A DNA stretch of 33,319 bases. It comes from an uncultured Candidatus Saccharibacteria bacterium. Lineage in GTDB: Bacteria; Patescibacteriota; Minisyncoccia; UBA6257; Colwellbacteraceae. Numbering within the stretch: the first letter of the stretch is position 1; each line of letters starts with the position of its first letter. The position numbers and the translations under genes are program-made. This document shows positions 24,102-32,661 of this stretch, one piece after another. The notes beneath the pieces are model-generated. The model did not search any database and was not told the origin of the DNA. It saw nothing but the letters and a program-made list of their open reading frames with translations. Where the stretch lies: contig CAYIAN010000001.1 in the NCBI GenBank assembly GCA_964361435.1, forward strand, positions 1-33,319, in the 5' to 3' direction.

Positions 24102-25784
24102 ATGCTCAAGTTTAGTCAACAACCCATAGAGGCAAAGTTAGAATCCCTTCAAAAAGATGCAGAAGAAAGAGACGCTATGCGTAGAGCCCTCGATGAGAAT
24201 CTCCCCTATTTGGATATAAAACACCAAGTAGTAGATAGGGCAGCCCTCGAATTGCTTCCAGAAGCCCTGTCTAGGGAAACCAAAGCGGTTGTCTTCGCCA
24301 AGGAGAACAATAAAGTCAAGGTGGCAACTTATTCGTCCAAAACCAGCGAGTTTGAAAAGCTCAGTCTTTTTCTGGACGAGCAAAAACTTAAAAAAGAAAC
24401 ATTTATCGTTTCTTTCTTGGGACTGGAGGAAGTGTGGAAGCACTATCTTTCTATCCGTCCAGAAAATCAAGTGGAAATTGTCTCGGAAATATCACTCTCG
24501 GAAGGGGCTCTCCAATCCAAGGAAAATATTAAAACAATAGAAGCGGCATCCGAGGATATTGCTCAAATTGATACAGACACTCAAACTACAGACGCGCTGG
24601 TTAAAATATTGGCGGATGCTCTTTCTTTGAAGGTTTCGGACGTTCATCTCGAACCCGGAAGGGGGGGTGTGCAGTTGAGGTACAGGGTGGACGGAATGTT
24701 ATATGACATCGCGCGCATATCAGAGGAGATAAGTAGGCGTATTGCCGGTCGCCTCAAACTCCTAGCGAGCCTCAAGCTTAACATTAAAGACGAACCTCAA
24801 GATGGGCGCTTCACGGTTAAAAGATTCAAGGGAAAAGACGTAGAAGTCAGATTGTCAGTTGTCCCCTCGGAGTTTGGCGAGGCTGTCGTGATGAGGGTGC
24901 TTGACCCTAGCACAGTCGATTTGAATATGGCAGATCTGGGATTGAGAGAAGATGATTTAAAAATCATCGAGCGTTTTCTCAAAGAAGCCAATGGAATGAT
25001 TCTAGTCACTGGCCCAACCGGGAGCGGTAAGACCACAACCCTCTATGCTTTTTTGAAGCACAACTCATCACCGGAGGTGAAGATAATCACCATTGAAGAT
25101 CCTATAGAATATCATCTAGGGGGAGTCCAGCAGACCCAGGTGCGCCCGAAGGAAAACTACACCTTTGCTTCAGGATTACGTTCCATCTTGCGCCAGGATC
25201 CAGATATGATTCTAGTTGGAGAAATTAGGGATTCAGAGACGGCAACCACTGCCATAGATGCGGCCCTAACCGGACATTTGGTTTTCTCAACACTTCACAC
25301 CAACAACGCTCCTGGAGCCATTCCTCGCTTGGTAGATCTTAAAGCAAAAATTCCCAGCCTGGCATCGGCGCTAAGGTTGGTCGTAGCCCAACGGTTAGTG
25401 AGAAAATTATGCGAGAAGTGTAAACGTCCGGTGAAAATTGAAAAAGAACTCGAGGAAAAATTCGATGCTTTCAAGGGGCAACTTCCAGAAAAAGTGAAAA
25501 GACCCTCCCAAATCAAACTTTACGAGAATGTCGGTTGCGTGTCCTGCAATAGGGGGTTTGAGGGAAGAATCGGTATTTTTGAGCTCCTAACTTTTGACGA
25601 GAAAATGGCGGAAATCTTAGGAAAAGAAATCAGCGAAGTTAGGGTCCGCAAAGCTGCCAGGGCCAAAGGCATGGTTTATATGCAAGAAGACGGTATTCTG
25701 AAAGCTCTCTCTGGTATAACCACCATAGAGGAGGTGGAAAGAGTAACGGGCCCTATTAATTGGTCCGTCTCGTCTGTAAAATAA
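24102..25784 (+). CDS. pilB: GspE/PilB-family secretion or type IV pilus assembly ATPase
   Basis: 560 aa. It has a T2SSE N-terminal domain (LPYLDIKHQVVDRAALELLPEALSRETKAVVFAKENNKVKVA), Walker A GPTGSGKTTT, an Asp box, Walker B ILVGEIRD, a His box (TGHLVFSTLHTN) and a tetracysteine motif CEKC...CVSC. Confidence 0.85.
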   Translation: MLKFSQQPIEAKLESLQKDAEERDAMRRALDENLPYLDIKHQVVDRAALELLPEALSRETKAVVFAKENNKVKVATYSSKTSEFEKLSLFLDEQKLKKETFIVSFLGLEEVWKHYLSIRPENQVEIVSEISLSEGALQSKENIKTIEAASEDIAQIDTDTQTTDALVKILADALSLKVSDVHLEPGRGGVQLRYRVDGMLYDIARISEEISRRIAGRLKLLASLKLNIKDEPQDGRFTVKRFKGKDVEVRLSVVPSEFGEAVVMRVLDPSTVDLNMADLGLREDDLKIIERFLKEANGMILVTGPTGSGKTTTLYAFLKHNSSPEVKIITIEDPIEYHLGGVQQTQVRPKENYTFASGLRSILRQDPDMILVGEIRDSETATTAIDAALTGHLVFSTLHTNNAPGAIPRLVDLKAKIPSLASALRLVVAQRLVRKLCEKCKRPVKIEKELEEKFDAFKGQLPEKVKRPSQIKLYENVGCVSCNRGFEGRIGIFELLTFDEKMAEILGKEISEVRVRKAARAKGMVYMQEDGILKALSGITTIEEVERVTGPINWSVSSVK

Positions 25785-25797
25785 GGATAGAGTCAGG

Positions 25798-25918
25798 GGT
25801 CTGCGGGCAGAATTGTGGGCTTCCCGAAGGAAAATTATAGAGCCTCTTCGAGGATTACCTCAGCCGGAGCCAAGATATCCGTATGACTAAAAGAGATTCC
25901 AGAATGTGCCCGCAGGCC
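25798..25918. other. Structured / inverted-repeat element in the pilB-ruvB spacer (candidate ncRNA, 5' leader or MITE-like relic)
   Basis: A 12-bp GC-rich long-range pairing links GGTCTGCGGGCA (25798..25809) to TGCCCGCAGGCC (25907..25918). About 6 interrupted pairs extend it, enclosing ~97 nt with small hairpins: TTCC-CGAA-GGAA at 25821..25832, and CCTC-TTC-GAGG-ATTA-CCTC at 25843..25861. Confidence 0.3.
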
Positions 25919-25971
25919 GCAAACTCTATCGTGAGCCACCCTAACACAAACAGAAGACATTGTCAATAGTC

Positions 25972-26970
25972 ATGAGCGATACCCCTAACCAAGAAAATAA
26001 TGATGAGCAGGCCATAGATGTGGTTCTGCGTCCTAAGCAGTGGGGAGATTATATAGGCCAAGAGCAAGTTAAAAAGAACTTGAGGGTTATTATTGACGCC
26101 GCCAAAATGCGCGGAGAGGTCGTTGATCACCTTCTCCTATATGGACAAGCTGGTTTAGGAAAAACTACTCTTGCAAAGTTAATAGCCAAGGAGTTAGGAG
26201 GAACCATTAAAACCACCTCTGGCCCGGCCATAGAGAAGGTAGGAGACCTAGCCGCGATTCTTTCGAACCTGGAAGAGGGAGAAATTCTCTTTATTGACGA
26301 AGCCCATCGTTTAAACAAGATGATCGAAGAAGTTCTCTATCCCGCCATGGAATCTCGCAAGCTCCATATTGTTATTGGGAAAGGCCCAGGAGCCAGGACG
26401 ATTTCCCTAGATCTTCCCCCTTTTACCCTTCTTGCGGCGACAACCAGAGTAAATCTCTTATCGGCTCCTCTACGTTCTCGTTTTGGGGCTACATTCAAGC
26501 TTGAGTATTACAGCGAGGAAAACATCAAAGAGATTATTAAAAGATCCGCTAAGATTTTAGGTATGGACATAACGGAAGAAGGAGCCGGAGTTTTAGCCAA
26601 AGCCTCCCGTTACACTCCGAGAGTTGCCAATAGACTCTTGCGTCGCGCCAGAGATTATATGGAGGTGCACGGCGAGAAGAGCATAAACGAAGAAGTTGCC
26701 CAAGAAGTGTTGGATTTCCTCGACATAGACTCATTGGGGTTAGAAGCGCCCGACCGGAGCTTCTTAAAAGTCATAGTGGAAAAGTTTGGGGGAGGGCCAG
26801 TAGGCATAAAAAACTTAGCGGCTGTGCTTAACGAAGATACTGCGACCATGGAAGAAGTTTACGAACCATACTTAATGAAGTTAGGATTTATTAAACGTAC
26901 CTCCACAGGACGCGTTATCAGTGAAAGCGCCAGAAAACACTTAGGACTTCCACCCAGCAAGTTGGTTTAA
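25972..26970 (+). CDS. ruvB: Holliday junction DNA helicase RuvB
   Basis: LRPKQWGDYIGQEQVKKNL, Walker A GQAGLGKTTLA, Walker B ILFIDEAHRL, the sensor TTRVNLLSAPLRSRFG, and a winged-helix C-terminus. I prefer ATG 25972. The track uses an in-frame TTG at 25960. Confidence 0.9.
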   Translation: MSDTPNQENNDEQAIDVVLRPKQWGDYIGQEQVKKNLRVIIDAAKMRGEVVDHLLLYGQAGLGKTTLAKLIAKELGGTIKTTSGPAIEKVGDLAAILSNLEEGEILFIDEAHRLNKMIEEVLYPAMESRKLHIVIGKGPGARTISLDLPPFTLLAATTRVNLLSAPLRSRFGATFKLEYYSEENIKEIIKRSAKILGMDITEEGAGVLAKASRYTPRVANRLLRRARDYMEVHGEKSINEEVAQEVLDFLDIDSLGLEAPDRSFLKVIVEKFGGGPVGIKNLAAVLNEDTATMEEVYEPYLMKLGFIKRTSTGRVISESARKHLGLPPSKLV

Positions 26971-27449
26971 TGATCTTCATTAAAGAACTCTTCCCCAACC
27001 CCTCAGGAGACGATACCCAAAGTGAGTGGATTAGGTTAATCAACGCAGGCGATACGGAAATCAACCCCAATGGTTTAAGCTTGGTGGACTCGGGAGGAAA
27101 AGTATTTAATCTAAATGGTGTTGGTGCGATACCCCCAGGAGAAACAATAGAGCTTGGGAGAGCGCTGACGGGCATTGCTCTAAACAATGATGGAGATACG
27201 ATTTTTTTACGCAATTCACAAAACGAAACATTAGATCAACTAAGCTATACATCCAACATCAGCGAGGAGGAGATAGTAACGGCAGAAAGCTTTATAGAGG
27301 AGCCTCCCCAAAGAGGATCTTTGGGAGAAAACGCTTTAGAATTTGGGAGGATAGATTACCAACCAGGCGTTATGCCCGTACTGATTGGGACATCGATTGC
27401 CCTGATATCGAGCGCACTAGTGTGGTTCGTAATTAGAAAGAACGACTAA
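26970..27449 (+). CDS. Lamin-tail-domain (LTD) protein with a C-terminal membrane anchor
   Basis: IKELFPNPSGDDTQSEWIRLINAGDTEINPNGLSLVDSGGKVF...IPPGETIEL...LNNDGDTIFLRNSQNETLDQLSY matches the LTD pattern (NPxGxDxxxEWIELxN...L.N.GDtv.L.d..g..vD.vsY). The C-terminal TM is VMPVLIGTSIALISSALVWFVI. The start overlaps the ruvB stop (TAATG). Confidence 0.65.
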   Translation: MIFIKELFPNPSGDDTQSEWIRLINAGDTEINPNGLSLVDSGGKVFNLNGVGAIPPGETIELGRALTGIALNNDGDTIFLRNSQNETLDQLSYTSNISEEEIVTAESFIEEPPQRGSLGENALEFGRIDYQPGVMPVLIGTSIALISSALVWFVIRKND

Positions 27450-27877
27450 TGACAATTAAAACCAAAAGTGCAAAAGAAACAGGGCTTCTCGCTAAGGAAC
27501 TGGCAAAGGGGTTTACTAATAGAAACAAACTATTGGTCTTGGCCCTATCCGGAGATCTGGGAGTGGGCAAAACCACTTTCGTCCAATCATTTGCTAGGGC
27601 GTTGGGAGTGAGGAAGAAAATTTTGAGTCCTACCTTTTTGATAATCAAACGCTTTCCATTGAGTAAAAGTAATTTTCAAAACCTATATCACATAGACGCC
27701 TATAGAGTGAGGGCATCTGATCTAAAAAAGTTGGGCGTAAAAGAGGTGTTTAAAGGTCAAAATATTGTTTTAATTGAGTGGGCTGATAAAGTGAAGGAGA
27801 TTTTACCCAAGGGCACGGTTTGGATAAAGTTTAAACATGGTGCAAGAGAAAACGAAAGACAGATTACTGTTAATTGA
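27449..27877 (+). CDS. tsaE: tRNA t6A37 biosynthesis ATPase TsaE
   Basis: LSGDLGVGKTTFVQSFARALGV (P-loop), SPTFLIIKRF and LYHIDAYRV. Confidence 0.85.
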   Translation: MTIKTKSAKETGLLAKELAKGFTNRNKLLVLALSGDLGVGKTTFVQSFARALGVRKKILSPTFLIIKRFPLSKSNFQNLYHIDAYRVRASDLKKLGVKEVFKGQNIVLIEWADKVKEILPKGTVWIKFKHGARENERQITVN

Positions 27878-28754
27878 CGCTAACTCCCTAATCCATAGGG
27901 CATATCACGCTCTCCCTCCTCTCGCTGGCCCAGGGGGGCAACCAACGGGAGCCCTCTATGGACTAGCGAGCGTCCTCATTAGACTTTTCAAGGAAGAAAC
28001 CCCTCGCTACGCGATAGCGGCTTTTGATCGCAAAGAACCCACATTCCGCAAAAAACAATATGACGCATACAAAGCTACCCGTCAGCCCACACCAGATGAT
28101 CTAATCGCTCAGCTTCAAGAAGCCCCCAAACTCCTGCGGTGCTTTGGAGTATATCCAATAGATGCCGTTGGGTACGAAGCCGATGATTTAATCGCCACCC
28201 TCGCTACCAAGTTTGGTAGCGAAAAGGTGGAGGTAGAAATTATGTCGGGAGATCTAGACATTCTCCAGGTGGTTGAGGACGGCAAGGTTTTTGCTCAAAT
28301 TCCCCAAAAGGGGATAACAGAGACGGCCATATACAGAGAAAAAGAAGTGAAAGAGCGTTTCGGCGTTGATCCTGGCAATTTAGCCGACTATAAAGGGCTG
28401 GTCGGAGACACTTCCGACAACATTCCGGGAGTAAATGGGATTGGGCCCAAGAACGCAGGGGAGTTGCTGAAGGAGTTTAAAACCGTGGAGGGCATATACG
28501 AGAACATTGAAAAGATTAAAAAGGATAAACCCGTGTTAGGGGAAAAACTAGAGACAGGCAGAGAAAGTGCTTTTATGTCCAAAAAATTAGCTACGTTAAT
28601 CAAGGATGTTCCCTCCCCGGACGACCTAAGTATTTTTGAGGTAGGTAACCCCCTAAAGAGCAAAGAGGTCTGGGAATGTTTAGAAAAACTAGGCTTTAAA
28701 ACTCTCCTCAAGAGGGTCGAAGAGGTTAGGCAAGAAGCTAACAGGCTCTTTTGA
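27837..28754 (+). CDS. Stand-alone 5'-3' exonuclease / flap endonuclease (Pol I N-terminal domain homologue)
   Basis: LLLIDANSLIHRAYHALPPL, FDRKEPTFRKKQYDAYKATR, GYEADDLIATLA, the H3TH region YKGLVGDTSDNIPGVNGIGPKNA. At 305 aa it has no polymerase domain. It overlaps tsaE by 41 nt. Confidence 0.85.
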   Translation: MVQEKTKDRLLLIDANSLIHRAYHALPPLAGPGGQPTGALYGLASVLIRLFKEETPRYAIAAFDRKEPTFRKKQYDAYKATRQPTPDDLIAQLQEAPKLLRCFGVYPIDAVGYEADDLIATLATKFGSEKVEVEIMSGDLDILQVVEDGKVFAQIPQKGITETAIYREKEVKERFGVDPGNLADYKGLVGDTSDNIPGVNGIGPKNAGELLKEFKTVEGIYENIEKIKKDKPVLGEKLETGRESAFMSKKLATLIKDVPSPDDLSIFEVGNPLKSKEVWECLEKLGFKTLLKRVEEVRQEANRLF

Positions 28755-28770
28755 CGCTATAATACAGTTA

Positions 28771-30108
28771 ATGAATTGGGGGCAGAAGCCAATTAGACTC
28801 CTACATAATCTGCGTATACCAGAGATGCGCTACCTTTACATAATTCCGTGCGTCTCACTAATACTTTTGGGAGCAAATTTCTTTGCCATGGGATTGAGCT
28901 TGTGGTTTTGGGTATTCTCTGGGGTATTTCTAACATTGGGAGGGGTTTTGATGTGGCATGAATACAATAATGTTCTAAGGGGCTGGGGAGAAAAAATATC
29001 GTATGGACGCCTCGAAAGTATCGTTACCAACCTGGAAGATGCGGTCATTGCATACAACAATGACTTCAGGGTGTTGGTTTTCAATGCCGCGGCGGAGAAG
29101 ACCTTCGGTTTATCAAAAACTCAAGTTTTGGGACAGGTTATCGGTCCCGAGAAAGCGAGCGAAAGGGAATATCAAACCTTTGTTCAAACTCTTTTTCCCT
29201 CCTTGGCCCCAGCCGTTATTAGGAGGAGCGAACCCGATAAATACCCGCAGGTAATAGACATATCTTTTGACAATCCAACCAGGGAATTTAGAGTCTCAAC
29301 CGATCGTATCTTAGATAAAGACAATCGTCTCCTGGGGTTCGTTAAGGTTGTGAGGGACCACACTAGAGAAACTGAATTAATACGCTCCAAATCAGATTTT
29401 GTGTCCGTCGCAGCTCACCAACTGCGTACTCCGCTGACCGCTATCAGTTGGACTCTAGAGGGACTCAGTAAAAATCAGGCCATCTCAGAAGAGGATAGGG
29501 CGCTGGTGAAAAACGGCGTGCAGGCTGCAGCCAACCTCTTGAAGACAGTCAACGATCTATTGGATACAGCAGAAATCGAAGGAGGGCGTTTCGGGTACAA
29601 CTATGAAGAAGTGGATCTCATTAAATTTGTGGAGGAGATATTGGCAAATGCCCAAATCGTGGCGAGGGAGTATGGTCTACGGGTTTTCTTTGATAAGGGA
29701 GGGTTTGGCGAGTTAAAACTCGTAGCGGACAGGAATAAATTGGGGTTGGCACTTTCTAACTTAATAGACAATGCGATGAAGTATAGTTCCAAGGATGGCT
29801 CAGTCACCGTGCGCATTAAACAACTGGCCCAACAGCCATATATTCAAGTAAGTGTACAGGATACTGGGATAGGAATTTTGCCATCGGATATAAATAAACT
29901 TTTCACCAAATTTTACCGTGCCCCTAATGCCAGAAAGGTAAAAGCAGACGGAACTGGATTGGGGCTTTATATAGCGCGCAATATCATTCGTCAGCACGGA
30001 GGAGAGATTGGTGTCGAATCAACCCTGGGTAGGGGGACCACCTTTTCCTTTACTCTCCCCACAGACCCAACGCTCATCCCCAAAGCGGAAGGGTCAGTTG
30101 GAATATAA
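28771..30108 (+). CDS. Sensor histidine kinase (2 TM + PAS + HisKA + HATPase_c)
   Basis: H-box SVAAHQLRTPLTAI, N-box LIDNAMKYS, G-boxes DTGIGI and GTGLGLYIARNII. A PAS-like region is present (VIAYNNDFRVLVFNAAAEKTFGLSKTQVLGQ). TATAAT at 28758..28763 lies 7 nt upstream of the ATG. Confidence 0.85.
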   Translation: MNWGQKPIRLLHNLRIPEMRYLYIIPCVSLILLGANFFAMGLSLWFWVFSGVFLTLGGVLMWHEYNNVLRGWGEKISYGRLESIVTNLEDAVIAYNNDFRVLVFNAAAEKTFGLSKTQVLGQVIGPEKASEREYQTFVQTLFPSLAPAVIRRSEPDKYPQVIDISFDNPTREFRVSTDRILDKDNRLLGFVKVVRDHTRETELIRSKSDFVSVAAHQLRTPLTAISWTLEGLSKNQAISEEDRALVKNGVQAAANLLKTVNDLLDTAEIEGGRFGYNYEEVDLIKFVEEILANAQIVAREYGLRVFFDKGGFGELKLVADRNKLGLALSNLIDNAMKYSSKDGSVTVRIKQLAQQPYIQVSVQDTGIGILPSDINKLFTKFYRAPNARKVKADGTGLGLYIARNIIRQHGGEIGVESTLGRGTTFSFTLPTDPTLIPKAEGSVGI

Positions 30109-30110
30109 AA

Positions 30111-30983
30111 GTGCCAGAACTTCCCGAGGTTCAAACTATAGTTTCTGATCTAAACCGTAAGGTAAGGGGGCAGAAAATTGTAAGTTTTTGGACGGACTGG
30201 CCAAAGCTTATTAAAACTCCTACCCTCGAGACATTCAAAAGGAAGATTAAGGGACTACGCATAGAAAAAGTTGAGCGTATCGGGAAAAATGTGGTATTCC
30301 TCTTGAGCGACAACAAAGCTCTCCTCATTCACCAAAAAATGACGGGGCATCTTATGGTTGGTGAATGGAGTGTGAGAAATGGGAAGGCGAAAGCCATAAC
30401 GAGAGGTTCTTTTGAAGAGCGGGTGAATCAATACATCCACGCGCTGTTTTATTTGCAAGAGAGGAAAACGATAGCTCTCTCCGATATGCGTAAATTTGCA
30501 CGCATCGCATTTGGAGAAAAAGAAGAAATTTTGAAGCTCAAAGACATAACAGCGCTTGGGCCGGATGCGCTTGATTCCAAACTCACATTCAAAGAGTTTT
30601 CAAGAAGAATCAGGGCACGCAAGAAATCAATCAAACTCACCCTCATGGACCAGAGTGTCATTGCGGGGATAGGGAATATTTACGCAGACGATATTCTCTG
30701 GGGTGCTAGAGTTCACCCCTTGAGAAAAGCGAATACTATTAAGGAAAAAGAATTGCGAGCAATCTTTGAATGCACAAAGAAGATTTTACACCTAGCTATT
30801 CGTCTTCGAGGAGCCTCTGTTGGAGACTATAGAGATACCTCTGGAGAAAAGGGCATGTACGGAAAGGTTATCCTGGCCTATAGGCGTACGGGCAAGCCCT
30901 GCAAGAGATGCAAAACCCCTATGCGTCGCACTAAGGCGGGGCAAAGATCTGCCCATTTTTGTCCTCGCTGCCAGAGGTTATAA
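30111..30983 (+). CDS. mutM: Formamidopyrimidine-DNA glycosylase (Fpg/MutM)
   Basis: GTG start giving MPELPEV (catalytic Pro2/Glu3). It has the H2TH region LMDQSVIAGIGNIYADDILW and a C-terminal zinc finger CKRC...FCPRCQ. Confidence 0.9.
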   Translation: MPELPEVQTIVSDLNRKVRGQKIVSFWTDWPKLIKTPTLETFKRKIKGLRIEKVERIGKNVVFLLSDNKALLIHQKMTGHLMVGEWSVRNGKAKAITRGSFEERVNQYIHALFYLQERKTIALSDMRKFARIAFGEKEEILKLKDITALGPDALDSKLTFKEFSRRIRARKKSIKLTLMDQSVIAGIGNIYADDILWGARVHPLRKANTIKEKELRAIFECTKKILHLAIRLRGASVGDYRDTSGEKGMYGKVILAYRRTGKPCKRCKTPMRRTKAGQRSAHFCPRCQRL

Positions 30984-31029
30984 ACACTATTTTCCCGGGG
31001 AGAGTTTATGGAGTACACTATCCCTATAA

Positions 31030-32649
31030 GTGGCCAATAAAAAATACATTTTTGTTGTGGGGGGAGTAATGTCGGGAGTCGGCAAAGGTGTGGCCACCGC
31101 CTCTATCGGAAAGATCCTCCAAGCAAAGGGATTTAAGATAACGGCGGTCAAGATTGACCCATACGTCAATGTAGACGCGGGCACCATGAACCCCACCGAA
31201 CACGGCGAGATTTTTGTTTTAGATGACGGGTGGGAGTGCGATCAAGATCTAGGAAATTACGAACGCTTTTTGGACAAGAATTTTTCCCAAGTTAACTGCC
31301 TTACAACCGGCAGGGTATACCTTTCGGTTATTAATAAAGAAAGGGCCCTCGGTTATGGAGGTAAATGCGTGGAGGTTGTTCCCCACATACCGTTGCAGAT
31401 AATTGAGAACATTGATGCGGCCGCAAAGAAAGATAAGGCGGAGATAGTTTTGGTGGAGATCGGGGGTACCGTCGGAGAATATCAAAACATCCTTTTCCTT
31501 GAGGCCATCCGTTTTTTGAAGCTCAAATACCCTAAAGACATTGTTACAATTCTTGTAAGTTATCTCCCCTTTAGAAACAACGATAATGAGCTGAAGACCA
31601 AGCCCACCCAGTATGCGGTGCGCACCCTGAATGCGACTGGGATTCAACCAGATATGGTTTTGGCGCGCGCTTCGGTTCCCCTGGATCAAAAGCGCAAAGA
31701 AAAGATCGCTCTGAATTGCAACCTGGAGGTTGAGGATGTAATTTCCGCGCCGGATGTGGATGATGTATACGAAGTTCCCCTAGTTCTAGAGAAGGCCGAT
31801 ATCAGCAAGCGCATTCTCTCTAAACTTGGACTTAAAAGCAGGAAAAGAGACCTGAAAGAATGGTCTATTCTGGTAAATAAGATAAAAAGACTAAAGAAAA
31901 CTGTAAAAATCGGGATAGTAGGGAAGTATTTTGGAACCGGCAACTTCATTCTCTCCGATTCATATCTTTCGGTAATAGAATCCGTAAGACACGCAGCTTA
32001 TGAAATGGGATATAAACCCCAAATTGATTGGATTGATGCTGGGCACCAAGGATCGCTTAGTAAATACCACGGCATTATAGTCCCAGGGGGGTTTGGGGGA
32101 AGGGACGTGGAGGGGAAAATAAAAGCCATTCAGTATGCTAGAGAAAAGAAAATCACTTTTCTTGTTCTTTGCTACTCCATGCAGCTCGCTACCATTGAAT
32201 TTGCTAGAAACGTAGCGGGGCTAAGGGGTGCCAATAGCACGGAGATAGATAAGAAAACCAAACACCCCGTGATAGATGTAATGCCGGAACAAGTGGAGAA
32301 GCTCCAGGGAGCAAAATATGGAGGTACCATGAGGCTGGGGGCATATCCAGCCCTCCTCAAGGAAGACACCATAGCCAAGAGGGCCTATGGATCAAACAGG
32401 ATATCAGAGCGGCACAGACACAGGTATGAAGTAAATCCAGAGTACATAGAACAACTTGAGAAAAAAGGTCTTGTTTTCTCCGGCAAGTCCCCGAATGGGG
32501 TTTTAATGGAAATAGCGGAGCTTCCCAAGAGCAAACACCCCTTCTTCCTGGGAACGCAGTTCCACCCAGAGCTAAAATCGCGTCCTCTATCACCCCATCC
32601 TCTATTTAGGGAATTTATCAAAGCCGCTTTAGCAAAAAAGGCAAGGTGA
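31030..32649 (+). CDS. pyrG: CTP synthase
   Basis: KYIFVVGGVMSGVGKGVATASIG, DPYVNVDAGTMNPTEHGE, and GATase motifs GIIVPGGFGGRDVEGK, LCYSMQ, HRHRYEVN and GTQFHPE. Confidence 0.95.
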   Translation: MANKKYIFVVGGVMSGVGKGVATASIGKILQAKGFKITAVKIDPYVNVDAGTMNPTEHGEIFVLDDGWECDQDLGNYERFLDKNFSQVNCLTTGRVYLSVINKERALGYGGKCVEVVPHIPLQIIENIDAAAKKDKAEIVLVEIGGTVGEYQNILFLEAIRFLKLKYPKDIVTILVSYLPFRNNDNELKTKPTQYAVRTLNATGIQPDMVLARASVPLDQKRKEKIALNCNLEVEDVISAPDVDDVYEVPLVLEKADISKRILSKLGLKSRKRDLKEWSILVNKIKRLKKTVKIGIVGKYFGTGNFILSDSYLSVIESVRHAAYEMGYKPQIDWIDAGHQGSLSKYHGIIVPGGFGGRDVEGKIKAIQYAREKKITFLVLCYSMQLATIEFARNVAGLRGANSTEIDKKTKHPVIDVMPEQVEKLQGAKYGGTMRLGAYPALLKEDTIAKRAYGSNRISERHRHRYEVNPEYIEQLEKKGLVFSGKSPNGVLMEIAELPKSKHPFFLGTQFHPELKSRPLSPHPLFREFIKAALAKKAR

Positions 32650-32661
32650 TATAATGCGGGT

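Noticed and set aside
25798-25918. Possibility that the structured pilB-ruvB spacer element is the SRP (4.5S) RNA, a tRNA or a 6S RNA
   Set aside because: Neither strand has a GNRA tetraloop flanked by the conserved AGG/AGCA symmetric-loop nucleotides. There is no T-arm (GTTCGAATC-like) or cloverleaf. The element is much shorter than 6S. It is kept only as an unclassified structured element.
28752-32649. Alternative genetic code (UGA recoding, as in some candidate phyla)
   Set aside because: TGA terminates the exonuclease (28752..28754) and pyrG (32647..32649) at the expected protein lengths. No conserved gene needs read-through of an in-frame TGA.
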